A stretch of DNA of 64,000 nt from Chloroflexota bacterium (GCA_965221905.1 OZ244922.1:1280001-1344000); one strand, 5' to 3'; positions 47,290 to 58,206 are shown, numbered from the stretch's first letter. The notes: generated by a model from the letters alone, not told the origin. Numbers and translations: made by a program.

Positions 47290-50200
47290 TTATTCCCACC
47301 CAAGTCGTCTCACGATTGCAGGCAAAAACCACACAAGGGCCAGCAGAGGCAGCGCAATCAGCGCGATCACGAAGCCAAGACCCAGCGCCGCCGGTTGATA
47401 CTGAAAGACGATTTCATGGGCTCCCGCTGGAACCAAGACCGCTTGATAGTAGGCGTTTGCGCGCCAGATTTCAGTGGGTTCGCCATCGATGGTCGCCACC
47501 CAGCCGGGAATGAAGGTCTCCGCGAAGACTAGCACGCGTGGCGTGGTCGAATCCAGCGTTACTGCAAGGTGCTCGGGCCGGGGGCGTTTCGTATTGAGTG
47601 TGACGGCTGCTTGACTGTCTGCGAGCAGATACTGTGTCAAATTGAGCGCGCTCGATTCTGAACTCGCGCCAAGGTCAGATTCTTGGCGGGAGCGCACCAC
47701 ACCAAACGGCGGCCCGCCGCCCCAAATATCCCTACGTTGGAGCCAGTGCTTCAAAGGCCGAGCCAGCCTCGTCAAGGCATTGCGTGGCGGTAATTCGAGA
47801 AACGCTGTCTCTCGCTCCAAGATTACGTCTTGTCCCACACGAAAGGCGGGGTTGCTAAGCGCAGAACGTGCCAGGTCAGTGCTCTCAGCCATGTAGACTG
47901 TGCCCACCGTGTAAACGAGGCTCAGTGCTTGATCCCGGTGATAGAGTTTGATGTCACCGCTAAACAGCAGCGTTACCGGCTCAGTGGTGAGGATCAGTTG
48001 CGCGTGGGCCTCCGGCGCGATGGCGCTCATGGCAACCAGGTGCAGCGTGCCGTTGGCAGACTGGTACTCAATGGCGACCTGCTTCAGAGACACGGTCTCA
48101 CCGAGGTCGATAACTGCATGATAGTGACGGCCTTGTGGATTTTCCGGCCAGGCGCCGACAACCTGCACCGCTTGGTGCTGGGGAGACGCCTTTTCGTATT
48201 CGCCTTCGGCAGTGTGCACACCGGCTTGGAGTGGGCGCTCGATAACGCGGTTATCCGTGGTTGTGACTAGGAGAGTGGCAACGGTCTGCTCCTGTGGGAG
48301 CGTGGTTGACTCGGTCAAGTACGAGATGATACCGATGCGGTCGGTGCTAATGTTCGGTACGTTTGGAATGACAACGGATGGGTTTCCAGCGCCGATGGAC
48401 TGGGTAAAGGTGGTGTCGTAGTACACTCCTTCAATCCAGGGATCGCGAATCTTGTCTTTCAGCAAGTAGGCTATCCCAAAGAGGTCGAGGACACGCGGCG
48501 GCGGCACGTTGCGGATTTGGTCGCGCAAGATAGCATCCGGTTGCGCTGAAGCACCGGGCTGCAACACTTCTTTCATGCGCACGTAACCGTCAAGCGGCAG
48601 TACGCCCCCGTCGTAGCCGTCCGCGGTGGCTATCTTAAACCCTAGGGGCACGTTCGGAGTCATGACTTCGAAGTACTTCTGAGTGACGAGGAGATTGTAC
48701 GTACTGCCCGTGCCCAAATGGGCGAATTGTTCACGCAGTTGCGGTTCGACACCGGGCGCGTATGCGGTATTGGCAAGGCTGAGGATACGTCCGCCTTGGT
48801 AGGAATCGCGAAGGGTAGCGGTCACTGGTCCCGGATCGGCGTAGGCGATGGGAGGGGGCGCCTGATTGTATTCCAGGTGGCGTGACGCCCAGAAGAGCTC
48901 TGACGCGATAACCAGCGGCAAGAGCCAAAGCAGCACCGGAACGCGAATTGCCAGGAGTATCAGCCCCACGCTTACAGCGGCGAGACCAAGCCAAATAAAT
49001 GGGAGCTCAGGTGAAAGCGACTGTTGCAGTGGAGCGAGGGCGGCAAGAATGAACGCCAAGATGAGAATGCCCCCGCCGAGACGGAGCAGCGGCCGGCGCA
49101 ATTGACTTCGGTTCTTTGCAGTGTTGGCTATCCAGTCAAGGCTGATGCCGACAAGCACGCTGGCGGCAAAAGTGTAGAGCAGGAGCCAACGGGCGGGTAC
49201 GCGAAACAGGTCAAATCCGGGCACGATCTTGAAGAAAGCCGGGTAAAGCGGGTTCGATACACCCAATGCCAGGAACAGGCCTACCAATGCCAGGCCGGCG
49301 AAACCCCACGTGGCCGGACGACGGAATGTAGCGACCACTGCTAGAAGGGCAAGAGTGATGGCGAAAATGCCGATGAAGCCGTAGTATTCGCCAGTGCTGA
49401 CGAGACCGTCCGGTGTGGGCAGCATGCCGGCGAGAATTTCGCGCGGGGAGAGCGAGAATGCAGTGGCCTCATTATAGCTTAGTCCACCTTGTCGAATGGA
49501 GTGATGGGTGAGTTGGAGCATGGGCAGCACTTGTGGCGCGGTGAGGGCCGCCGTGGCCACAAACGCGCTGCCTAACAAGACTAACGCCACTACCGGCCGC
49601 CAAACCAGTTCTGTGCACCAGTCTCTGAAGTGAGCGAACCAGGAGGGCGGCGGCCTACGTCCCATCGAGACTTGGGAGACGAACGGGTTGCGCTCCGACT
49701 CGGACACACTTGGCATGGCGAAGAAGGCAGGTCGAAAGTTCGTAACGCCTAGCCAGTCCCACGCCGAGTGGGCCAGCCAATAGAGCATTACAGCGACAAG
49801 GGTCATGTAGGTGGGTTGGGCATGTCCCGCAAGAAACTGAAAGGCGAGGAAGAAGCTAAGTGTGACTGCCCACCGCACACTGCGTCCGCGATAGAGGTGG
49901 TGAGCGGCAAGGAGCACCCACGGCAACCAAACTGCGGAGTTTACCTGGTTGATATGCCCCACTTGCGCGCCGAGGAAGCCACTAAGACTGAAGGTGACGG
50001 CGGCCCCTACCGCTGCCGGCCAAACAAGCTTGCTTACCTGACGGGTAAAGACGAAGACGCCGATCCCACCGCAGATAAGGTGCACAACGATGGAAAGGGC
50101 TAGGCCCGTTTCAGTAGAAACGAGGAGATAGAGCAGGTTTGGCGGATAGAACACTGCGGTCTGTTGATTGGCAAGAAACGGAGCACCCTGAAAGAGATAG

Positions 50201-50424
50201 GGGTTCCACAGCGGCAAGTTGCCTTGCCGGAGTGCGGCCGCCGCAAATTGACGGTAGGGATAGAAATACGTTGAAAGGTCATAGCCCGTCAACACCCTAT
50301 GAGTGAGCAGTACCTTCCAGAAGAACGTGGTTACGAGCGCTGCGAGCAGAATCGCGGCACCCAACCATGGCCCGTGGCGACCGATGAATGAGTTGGAGGA
50401 GAGGGATGGGATAGAGAATGCCAT
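47290..50424 (-). CDS. YfhO-family polytopic membrane protein (GT-C-like)
   Basis: PLWNPY...G.P, FYPPN, FRVPARW, C-terminal PGWVATIDG...RAN...VPAGAHEIVFQYQP. Confidence 0.85.
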   Translation of the reverse strand: MAFSIPSLSSNSFIGRHGPWLGAAILLAALVTTFFWKVLLTHRVLTGYDLSTYFYPYRQFAAAALRQGNLPLWNPYLFQGAPFLANQQTAVFYPPNLLYLLVSTETGLALSIVVHLICGGIGVFVFTRQVSKLVWPAAVGAAVTFSLSGFLGAQVGHINQVNSAVWLPWVLLAAHHLYRGRSVRWAVTLSFFLAFQFLAGHAQPTYMTLVAVMLYWLAHSAWDWLGVTNFRPAFFAMPSVSESERNPFVSQVSMGRRPPPSWFAHFRDWCTELVWRPVVALVLLGSAFVATAALTAPQVLPMLQLTHHSIRQGGLSYNEATAFSLSPREILAGMLPTPDGLVSTGEYYGFIGIFAITLALLAVVATFRRPATWGFAGLALVGLFLALGVSNPLYPAFFKIVPGFDLFRVPARWLLLYTFAASVLVGISLDWIANTAKNRSQLRRPLLRLGGGILILAFILAALAPLQQSLSPELPFIWLGLAAVSVGLILLAIRVPVLLWLLPLVIASELFWASRHLEYNQAPPPIAYADPGPVTATLRDSYQGGRILSLANTAYAPGVEPQLREQFAHLGTGSTYNLLVTQKYFEVMTPNVPLGFKIATADGYDGGVLPLDGYVRMKEVLQPGASAQPDAILRDQIRNVPPPRVLDLFGIAYLLKDKIRDPWIEGVYYDTTFTQSIGAGNPSVVIPNVPNISTDRIGIISYLTESTTLPQEQTVATLLVTTTDNRVIERPLQAGVHTAEGEYEKASPQHQAVQVVGAWPENPQGRHYHAVIDLGETVSLKQVAIEYQSANGTLHLVAMSAIAPEAHAQLILTTEPVTLLFSGDIKLYHRDQALSLVYTVGTVYMAESTDLARSALSNPAFRVGQDVILERETAFLELPPRNALTRLARPLKHWLQRRDIWGGGPPFGVVRSRQESDLGASSESSALNLTQYLLADSQAAVTLNTKRPRPEHLAVTLDSTTPRVLVFAETFIPGWVATIDGEPTEIWRANAYYQAVLVPAGAHEIVFQYQPAALGLGFVIALIALPLLALVWFLPAIVRRLGWE

Positions 50425-50701
50425 GCGTGGTGGCCGTGCTTGAATAGCTCTCTGCTTACTCCATTAATGATAAGAGAGGCGAAGAGTGGGGGCAAACAGA
50501 CGTCTCGCATACGTTGCGATTACAGCCGAAGGCCCCGATTGCATGCTCCGCTTGAATTATAACGAACTTGATCCGGCGCAACATGGAACGTGGATTCCAG
50601 CAAGAAAGTTAGCGTACATCCGCTAGCTCGTGTTGGGCTAAGCGGCAAGATCGATCTAGGAGTTTGCGCGCTGCAGGCGCATACGCCGCCGGGGTGTTCG
50701 G

Positions 50702-51322
50702 CTACGTGATCTCGCGTGCTAAGATGATTGCTTCAGCAATCTCTTTCATAGTCTTGCGGCGGTCCATAGCGAGCTTCTGGATGCGACGGAAGGCTGCGCC
50801 CTCCGATAGGCCCTGTGTATCCATCAAGATCCCCTTCGCCCGATCAACCAGACGTCGGGTCTCAAGCGTTTCCTTCAGGTTGACGTTTTCCCGCTCCATG
50901 GCCCGCAACTCTTCGAAACGGGCGATGGCGACCTCAAGAGTGGGCACTAAGTCGGCTTCGCGAAACGGCTTTGAAATGTAGCCAAGCACACCGGCTTCCC
51001 GGGCATCTTCAATAAGATCGCGATCGCTAAAGGCCGTTAGCAGCACCACCGGCGCAATCCGCTCTTGCAACAGTATGCTCGCGGCGGCGATGCCATCCAT
51101 CTTCGGCATCTTAATGTCCATGAGCACCAGATCGGGTTGAAGCCGCCGCGCCAGCATGACTGCCGCTTCCCCATCTGCTGCTTCACCCACAACCGTGTAT
51201 CCGAGGCCGGTCAACCGCTCGCGCAAGTCAAACCGGATGATTGATTCATCATCCACAATAAGGATTCCCGCTTGCGGATTTGGATGCTCAGATGCGGATA
51301 CGTGTGTACGATCGGTGCTCAT
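50702..51322 (-). CDS. Response regulator with ANTAR output domain (PdtaR-like)
   Basis: REC domain (VDDE, MDIKMP, SKPF) plus ANTAR (DRAKGILM...AF..IQKLAMD). Confidence 0.92.
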   Translation of the reverse strand: MSTDRTHVSASEHPNPQAGILIVDDESIIRFDLRERLTGLGYTVVGEAADGEAAVMLARRLQPDLVLMDIKMPKMDGIAAASILLQERIAPVVLLTAFSDRDLIEDAREAGVLGYISKPFREADLVPTLEVAIARFEELRAMERENVNLKETLETRRLVDRAKGILMDTQGLSEGAAFRRIQKLAMDRRKTMKEIAEAIILAREIT

Positions 51323-51600
51323 TACTTACGGATTACTCTTACGTTTGCTACAACTCGGTGAATTCAGTCTATTCTGCAGTAAAACTTCAAATTGCCATGA
51401 AGGCCTTAGTTACTATAAACCCTGAAGATTAATTGTCGGAGGGGTCTCTTCGGTCTGCATGCACGTGATCCCCTCAGGTGAAGGACTGTACCTTTACCTC
51501 TGTGGCAACCTCAGACTAGCCATAATCGCTCCGAAGCCAATGATCGGTTGCAACTACACGGCCAAGGTTCTGGCAGACAGTCTCCTTACTTAAGTATGCA

Positions 51601-51639
51601 CACAGACACACCGCTAATTTCCAAAGCGGCGTGTCTGTG
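51601..51639. terminator. Hairpin just downstream of the secreted beta-helix gene
   Basis: CACAGACAC-ACCGCT/AGCGGC-GTGTCTGTG inverted repeat. Confidence 0.55.
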
Positions 51640-51656
51640 ACTCTGCTACAGCGTTC

Positions 51657-53306
51657 TTACCGAATCAAGCCTCGGTTGTCCAGTTCTTCAAGACCGAGTA
51701 GGCCTAACAGAATGACCCTTGGCCCGACTTCAGGATGAAGCTCCATGCGTGCACGCTGGAACCACTGCATCGTGTACGCTCGGCCTGAGCCATCGTCGTT
51801 GAAGTCTCTGAATAGCTCGGAGATCGGGTAACCAAAGGCCTCCAGACCGCCGTTGTTTTCGAAGTACTCCAAGAACGCGCCATGCACAATGTGCTGAGTT
51901 TCTGGGAAGTAGCGGCAATTAGGTGTCGTTCCGCACGGCACCGGCGCAGTCGGGAAGGGACGCAGCGCGGTGGTCAACGTATCCCCAAGCAGCGTCAACT
52001 GCACTTCGTATGGAGTCCCGGCATGCTGGGGATGGTGCTCCATACGGCCTCGCTCGAACCATTGGACACGCAGGCCACTTTCCACAATGGCCTCCGACCG
52101 CGGGAAACCAAAGCGCCCGATACCACCTCTGCTCTCAAAGTGGGTGAGGAAGACACCCTCGACGTTATGACCGGTCTCGCCAAAGAAGCGGGCGCCAGCC
52201 TTGGCCGGTACCGGATCGGCGATACTCGGTGCTCGGGGAGCAACAGGCGCGGGAGCAGGCGCCGCTGGCGCTGGCGCGGGAGCCGGGGCCGGAGCAGCCA
52301 CAGGTGCTGCGGCTATTGCACTTGGAGCCGGAAGCGGCGCCGGTGCATCGGCAACGACCGCGTGATGCATGGGTTCCGTGCTGACTTGCGCCAATGCAGA
52401 ACCGTAATCGGCGTTAACGATCCTCGAGGCGAGTTCTGCACGATAGGGAGTGCCCCAGTAGTTCCGTGAAGCATCCAACGGAACTGAGTCCAGCCAGCGC
52501 AGGTCGAACCGGGCATTGCCGAAGATATTGTTATGCGTAATCGTGTACTCGCCCGGTTTGAGGCTAAGCCCCCCAAAGCCGTTGTAATTGATGGTGTTGT
52601 TGTGGATGACAATATCGGGGTTACCGCCCCGGGATACGGACTCGATACCATCAGTACCGTTGGCGAATATGGTGTTCTGCTCGATTATGCCTTCGTTGAA
52701 CGCGCCAATACCTTGTTCGATGTTCTCGCTGATGTTATTACGGAACAGACGCGTAGTACCTTGGGTGAAGAGAATGCCTGTAGTATTCCTTGTGATCACC
52801 GTATGGAGAACCTCTAATGAGAAGCTCTTGTCACCATCGCCGCCCATCATGTTGTTATGCATTGCGATGCCGTTGTCACGAAAGATGCTAGAAAATACAC
52901 CCGTACCTGAGCCCCAGCCTTGCGTCAATAGACCGACCTTTGCATTGCTAACAATCACCTGATTCAGTACGGCTTTGCCGCCCCGTACCGTGATGGAGTC
53001 CCAGCGTTCGCCTTGGTTTGCCCACGCGAATGTGATCGGCCGACCCTCACGGCCTGTTGCCTCCAACGTGCCGAAGACTTCAATCTTGACGTTAGGCCTC
53101 AGTCGTACGGTTACTCCAGGGTCAATTCTCAGCGTTGAGCCTTTATCTATCTTAAAGCTCTTGGTTACGATGTACGGATCCTTATCGGTTGTCCAGTGGA
53201 CGTCTTCGCTGATATTATCTCTCCACTTCACCTCGGCATGAACTACAGTTGCTGGCCACATAGCCGCCAGCAAGACGGCTACAATGAATAGAAGACGCAG
53301 TCGCAT
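51657..53306 (-). CDS. Secreted right-handed beta-helix protein with Pro/Ala linker and C-terminal cell-surface repeats
   Basis: Signal peptide ending VHA, Asn-ladder repeats (NNI..N), DASRNYWG, (AP)n linker, two F-x-ETGH/GG...FG(F/Y)P repeats. Confidence 0.78.
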   Translation of the reverse strand: MRLRLLFIVAVLLAAMWPATVVHAEVKWRDNISEDVHWTTDKDPYIVTKSFKIDKGSTLRIDPGVTVRLRPNVKIEVFGTLEATGREGRPITFAWANQGERWDSITVRGGKAVLNQVIVSNAKVGLLTQGWGSGTGVFSSIFRDNGIAMHNNMMGGDGDKSFSLEVLHTVITRNTTGILFTQGTTRLFRNNISENIEQGIGAFNEGIIEQNTIFANGTDGIESVSRGGNPDIVIHNNTINYNGFGGLSLKPGEYTITHNNIFGNARFDLRWLDSVPLDASRNYWGTPYRAELASRIVNADYGSALAQVSTEPMHHAVVADAPAPLPAPSAIAAAPVAAPAPAPAPAPAAPAPAPVAPRAPSIADPVPAKAGARFFGETGHNVEGVFLTHFESRGGIGRFGFPRSEAIVESGLRVQWFERGRMEHHPQHAGTPYEVQLTLLGDTLTTALRPFPTAPVPCGTTPNCRYFPETQHIVHGAFLEYFENNGGLEAFGYPISELFRDFNDDGSGRAYTMQWFQRARMELHPEVGPRVILLGLLGLEELDNRGLIR

Positions 53307-53518
53307 AATTTCGCTCCTCTTCGTCCAGCTGTCCTTTTTTCATATAATACACTACTAGACGCTTCGAGATGCATACACCTTTCCGAGAGTCTCTCTTTCA
53401 TTTGGAGTGATTCCTTGATTATAGGGAGTGAGTCCTGTGAATGCAGTGGTTCTTCCAGTCGTTGGTTCAAGGTCAGTGAGAGTTTTGATGTCTTTCTATT
53501 GCAGTTCGAGCTATTGCA

Positions 53519-54613
53519 ATGATGCAAGATGAAGACCGCGAGTACTATGTTGCCCTAAGCATGGTTCCGGATATGGGGCCGGGCCGGATGCATCGTCTGC
53601 TGCGGCACTTTGGCTCCATGGCGTCTGCCTGGAACGCTTCACCGGCAGCCTGGCGAGATGCCGGACTTGAGCCAGACGTCGTCGCCAAGCTTGAACACGC
53701 GCGCGATGAGACTGACCCTGGCCAGGGGCTGAAAGATCTTGCCGAGGCTGGGGTTTCTGTCTTGACATGGGCGGACGACGCATTCCCGCCGCTCTTGCGT
53801 CAGATTCCAAGTCCTCCAATTCTCTTGTACTTGCGCGGAAACTTGAATGCGAGCGACCAATTGGCCGTGGCAATTGTGGGAACGCGCAATGCTACTGCCT
53901 ATGGTCGCAGTGTCACCCGCCGCCTGGCTTCCGACCTCGCTGCCAGCGGCGTAACAGTTGTTAGCGGTTTGGCACGCGGTATAGACGCCGTAGCACACCG
54001 CGCCGCGCTTGAAGTTGGCGGACGCACACTGGCCGTTTTCGGTTGCGGTGTGGATGTTATCTATCCGGCCGAACACCGGCAACTCGCTGAAGAGGTCGTG
54101 GCGCAAGGTGCGCTCATATCGGAGTATCCTCTGGGAAGACAACCGGCTGCGGACCAGTTTCCAGTTCGCAATCGACTGATTAGCGGCCTTTCGCTGGGGG
54201 TTGTGATTACTGAGTCTCGGGAACGGGGCGGCGCGCTGATTACGGCTGAATTTGCGGGGCAGCAAGGGCGCGACGTTTTTGCGGTCCCGGGCAGCATCCT
54301 GACGCAGTCAAGCGCCGGGCCGCACCGTCTCATTCAAGACGGCGCCAAGCTCGTCATGAAGGTCGAAGACATCTTGAGCGAACTCAATATTCACCTGGCT
54401 GCACGGCAGCCTGAGCTCACTGCCGCCGTACCCTTGAGCGCGGAAGAAGAGCAGATACTTGAAGTCCTCGCCGGTGATCCGGTCCACGTCGATGAAATTA
54501 GCGCTCATACCGACATTCCGGTGCAGCAGGTGAGCAGCTTGCTCACGCTGATGGAGGTGCGGGGAGTTGTCCATGTGGTTGGCTCGCTTACGTATGCACG
54601 CGGCAGGCAGTGA
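53519..54613 (+). CDS. dprA: DNA-processing protein DprA
   Basis: AIVGTR, VSGLARGID, FPVRNRLISGL, FAVPG, LIQDGA, C-terminal winged helix. Confidence 0.95.
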   Translation: MMQDEDREYYVALSMVPDMGPGRMHRLLRHFGSMASAWNASPAAWRDAGLEPDVVAKLEHARDETDPGQGLKDLAEAGVSVLTWADDAFPPLLRQIPSPPILLYLRGNLNASDQLAVAIVGTRNATAYGRSVTRRLASDLAASGVTVVSGLARGIDAVAHRAALEVGGRTLAVFGCGVDVIYPAEHRQLAEEVVAQGALISEYPLGRQPAADQFPVRNRLISGLSLGVVITESRERGGALITAEFAGQQGRDVFAVPGSILTQSSAGPHRLIQDGAKLVMKVEDILSELNIHLAARQPELTAAVPLSAEEEQILEVLAGDPVHVDEISAHTDIPVQQVSSLLTLMEVRGVVHVVGSLTYARGRQ

Positions 54614-54622
54614 GGCTGGCAG

Positions 54623-54931
54623 ATGAACCCGGATGCACGAAAGCTTCATGATCGGCTGGTGCAGGCGACTGCGGAAGAACAGGAGTTAATGCTGCGCTTT
54701 CTTCTGGGCAAACGCACCGCTGAGATGGGACGGGCGAGCCCTCACCTCGACCTCTTCCTGGCGGAGCTGCAAATCGAACTGCCGGGTGCTATCGAATTGC
54801 TCGGCGATCTGCGCTTCAATCTGGGGAAAAGCCTGCACGGGGAAGTGGCACGGTGGGCGCAAGGCCGGGCGCCTGCTGCTCCGCTCTATCAGAAGGTCAT
54901 TGGCCGGTACCAGGCCCTCTTCCTGCAATGA
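54623..54931 (+). CDS. Hypothetical protein
   Basis: 102-aa ORF closely spaced between dprA and the lipB remnant (ATGA overlap with the latter). Confidence 0.55.
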   Translation: MNPDARKLHDRLVQATAEEQELMLRFLLGKRTAEMGRASPHLDLFLAELQIELPGAIELLGDLRFNLGKSLHGEVARWAQGRAPAAPLYQKVIGRYQALFLQ

Positions 54932-55255
54932 CTAGTCCTATTGGGATCACGTCTCTTGGAAGTGTTCCCTATGCGCGAGCGACGGCCTTGCAGCGGTGTC
55001 TATGGCAAGCCCGGTGTGATGACGCGATTTCAGATACACTGCTGCTCCTCAGCCACCCACCGACAATTTCACTTGGGCGTCGCACAACGGCTGGGGACAT
55101 CTTGGCGGAGCCGGCCGCCGTTTGCCGTGCTGGCGTCAGTGTTTGGTACTCTCGTCGAGTACGTCTCCTATGCCGAACTAAGCAGCATTGTCAGGGGTAT
55201 TCCTCGGCTTGACGAGCTTTTTCAGGTTGGATCGGACTTGGCGGTGCAGCGTTGA
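54928..55255 (+). pseudogene. lipB: Degenerate lipoyl(octanoyl) transferase
   Basis: N-terminus LGSVPY..A.ALQ...DTLLLLSHPPTISLGRR is LipB-like. The RGG-x-x-TYHGPGQ motif is lost, with an apparent frameshift and stops. End approximate. Confidence 0.65.
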
Positions 55256-55444
55256 CATTCTCTCACTGAGTGCGGTGTTTGGTGTCAGATCCGCTTTAGT
55301 AGCCTGTATTCTGAAGCCAATTGGACTCAATCTGTCAGAAAATGAGATGCGTGGGCCAGCAATCTGAGGCCTGACTCTAGCGAGGTTGCGAGAACTCAAT
55401 CGCCGTGCCATAATAGGGCAAAAGTTTGCGCTGTGAGGATTGCA

Positions 55445-55693
55445 ATGCCAAGACTTGACATCTTCTTCCAGGTTCCCGTGTTCATCGAATGGGGAAATGA
55501 CTTTGCATCGAGCTTGACCTTTGTGGCGACCGCTACGAACTATGGGTTGTTTACTGCGGTGATGTTGGCATTGCTCACCATTCTCCTTGTGTCACTGGAC
55601 TTCTTGGTCTTTCAATTCCGCCGCAAGAAGCTGTGGATTGACTGGGACAAACCCGAGACGCCTTATCGTCCCCAACCATACGACGGCCCCTAA
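55445..55693 (+). CDS. Small hypothetical membrane protein
   Basis: One hydrophobic helix followed by RRKK; GAGGA RBS. Confidence 0.5.
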   Translation: MPRLDIFFQVPVFIEWGNDFASSLTFVATATNYGLFTAVMLALLTILLVSLDFLVFQFRRKKLWIDWDKPETPYRPQPYDGP

Positions 55694-56123
55694 GTTAGTT
55701 AGGCGACTGTCTACCAACTGGCAACGGGGAATTGAAGTCTTGCTCGCTGCAGCAGTATCAGCCAACAGTACTGGAATGACCTGTCAAAGCTCGCAGCGCC
55801 GCTATCGGTGAGCACCATCTACTAACTTGCGCCTCCTGTCGCAATCAGCCTCACAATCTCTGCTGGCGTTGAGCTGCTGGAAACGTAATTAACAAAACAG
55901 ATGCAGCAACCCTCTTTCCGCTTTCTGAAGCTCTCCCACACCCGATCTGCAAAACAAACGCACTCATGGGAGTATGCTCAAGCGCTGGGAGTATAGATCT
56001 TTGGTGCAAGTAGGTGACGGCCCAATGCACTTTGACGCTGTATCGGCAAAGCAGCTTGAGTAACCCCGTGAGAAGTCGAGATAAGAGTGCTTCCCTCTTA
56101 ACGCCACACGGTGAATTGCGGAA

Positions 56124-57146
56124 ATGTCAGATGTAGATAAAACCAAGAGCAGTCGCCGGCTGGTTTTCCCAGGCCCGCAGGAAGTCGCTTGGGAGGAGTA
56201 CCCGGTGTTGCCGCCGCAGTGTGGCGAGTTATCGGTCGAGACTCGTCGTTCGTTGATCAGCATCGGCACTGAGTTGGCCTTCTTCTCCGGTCGACAATGG
56301 ACGAACCCCGGCACAGGTGTCTTGCCAAAGTACCCGGCGTACCCAGGGTACTCGAATGCCGGTGTGGTGGTAGAAGCTGGTGAAGGAACAGCGCCGTGGC
56401 AGGCAGGTGAGCGCATTGCCAGTTCCGCTAAACATGCCACGCTTCAGATTCTTTCCAACCTCGATGGGCCTGTCTTGGTCGCTCAATCGGTAACCGATGA
56501 GGAAGCCACGTTTTGTACCCTTGGCGCTACCGTGCTCAACGCGTACCGGCGTGGAGCGCCGCAGCTTGGCGAATGCGCTGTGGTTGTAGGCCAAGGCATT
56601 CTCGGTCAGCTTGCGGTTCAGTTACTGCGTCTTGGAGGCTGCGAGCCGGTGATTGCGGTTGATCTCGAGCCGTCACGGCTTGCACTGGCACAGCGAGTTG
56701 GAGCCGCGTCCCACTACCTCACTCCCGGGGTAGACGACGTGGTTGGGGCAATTCATGATTTGACAGCCGGACGCGGGGCGGACATCGTATTCGAGGCAAC
56801 CGGCCGTACAGAGACCTATGACTTTACGTTTGCATTAACCCGGCCCCACGGGCGCGTGGTCGGACTTGGCTCTCCGCGCTACCCTGCGCAGGTTGACATG
56901 CAGCAGGTGCACATCAAGCCGCTGCAGCTAATTGGCGCCATCGGCAACCACCCCAGTGTGGAAACCAAAGAAAACCGGTGGACACGCGGCGCGCACACTG
57001 CCTTGTTCATGCAACTCTTGGCGCAAGAACGAGTGAACGTCCGCGATCTCATCACCCACCGCGTCCCCGCGCAAAGCGCGCCGGAGGTCTATCCAAGGCT
57101 TCTCGATGACCGCACGTCGTATCTGGGTGTGATATTGGAGTGGTAG
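56124..57146 (+). CDS. MDR (zinc-type alcohol dehydrogenase-like) oxidoreductase
   Basis: ISIGTE, PGYSNAG, GQGILG, GADIVFEATG, LITH. Confidence 0.88.
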   Translation: MSDVDKTKSSRRLVFPGPQEVAWEEYPVLPPQCGELSVETRRSLISIGTELAFFSGRQWTNPGTGVLPKYPAYPGYSNAGVVVEAGEGTAPWQAGERIASSAKHATLQILSNLDGPVLVAQSVTDEEATFCTLGATVLNAYRRGAPQLGECAVVVGQGILGQLAVQLLRLGGCEPVIAVDLEPSRLALAQRVGAASHYLTPGVDDVVGAIHDLTAGRGADIVFEATGRTETYDFTFALTRPHGRVVGLGSPRYPAQVDMQQVHIKPLQLIGAIGNHPSVETKENRWTRGAHTALFMQLLAQERVNVRDLITHRVPAQSAPEVYPRLLDDRTSYLGVILEW

Positions 57147-57198
57147 CGAACTCCCACCGGTGGTGGAGAACTCCCGCCGAAGGGCGAGCTATCTATCT

Positions 57199-58206
57199 CT
57201 ACTGCCAATCGAACAAGACTCCCAGGGATTCCTCCTCACCTTTCGCGAGCATGGCGTAGATGGCGGATGCTTGCGTAGGAGGCGCGACGTGCGTAATCAA
57301 ATGCTCGACGTTGAGGGCACCGTTCTCGAGCATAGTTAGATAGAGCTGGCGGTGGCGCTGCTGAGTCCAAGGCGCCTGCGGTGTTGCCTCTGTGGGCGTG
57401 AGCGGCTGAAACATCCCCATTAGCGTGAGGTCTCGTCGGAAGAAATCTGCGTAGAGGTTTAGCTCCGCTTTGCCCATAGGGCCCCCCAGCATCACGATGA
57501 TGCCGCGTGTAGCAGCCACGCGCAGGCTTGTCGGCAGTGCATGGGGCACTGGCGTGGCGTCGTACACGCGCTCGACACCGTTGCCGTCGGTAACCGCCAT
57601 GACGGCAGCGTATACGTCTTCGCGCTCAGCATTCAACGTCAAGTCAGCGCCGCTGAGCCTAGCCTTATCGAGTCTAGAATCGACCACGTCGGTGGCGATC
57701 ACCGGGCTGCACGCGGACGCCTTGAGAAACTGAACAACCAGTTGTCCGACAACGCCTTGTCCGGCTACCAACGCTGCTTGCCCCACTTCCGGCGGGGCGC
57801 GGCGCACACCGGCCAGGGCAACCTGCGCCAGCACACTAAGCGCGGCGTGATCGGACGCTACACCCGGCGGAATCCGTTGAATAGCGTCTTCGCCTACGGT
57901 GCGCAGGTAGTGACTCGCATGGTTGGCCATGGTGAGAATGCGATCGCCGGTTTGAAACGAGTCAACACCTGGGCCAAGCTCCAGTACCGAACCGACGCTT
58001 GCATAACCCGGCCGGACCGGGAACGGACGCTGGGGTACGCCGGAGTCTGCATATTCATTCATATAACGCTTCCGTTCCGTCCCGGCGCTGATGGCGCTAA
58101 ATTCGGCTCGTACCAGTATCTGGCCGGGCCCGGGGCTCGGGACGGGGAACTCTTCCAGTGCGGCCGCGAACGCACGCGGGAAGACGACGACTCTACCGGT
58201 TTGCAC
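57199..58206 (-). CDS. MDR (zinc-type alcohol dehydrogenase-like) oxidoreductase
   Basis: ISAGTE, PGYASVG, GQGVVG, LITH. Convergent paralog of the previous gene. Confidence 0.88.
   Translation of the reverse strand: MQTGRVVVFPRAFAAALEEFPVPSPGPGQILVRAEFSAISAGTERKRYMNEYADSGVPQRPFPVRPGYASVGSVLELGPGVDSFQTGDRILTMANHASHYLRTVGEDAIQRIPPGVASDHAALSVLAQVALAGVRRAPPEVGQAALVAGQGVVGQLVVQFLKASACSPVIATDVVDSRLDKARLSGADLTLNAEREDVYAAVMAVTDGNGVERVYDATPVPHALPTSLRVAATRGIIVMLGGPMGKAELNLYADFFRRDLTLMGMFQPLTPTEATPQAPWTQQRHRQLYLTMLENGALNVEHLITHVAPPTQASAIYAMLAKGEEESLGVLFDWQ

Noticed and set aside
51330-51600. Possible ANTAR dual-hairpin target or sRNA upstream of the ANTAR regulator
   Set aside because: No convincing pair of hexaloop hairpins found by eye.
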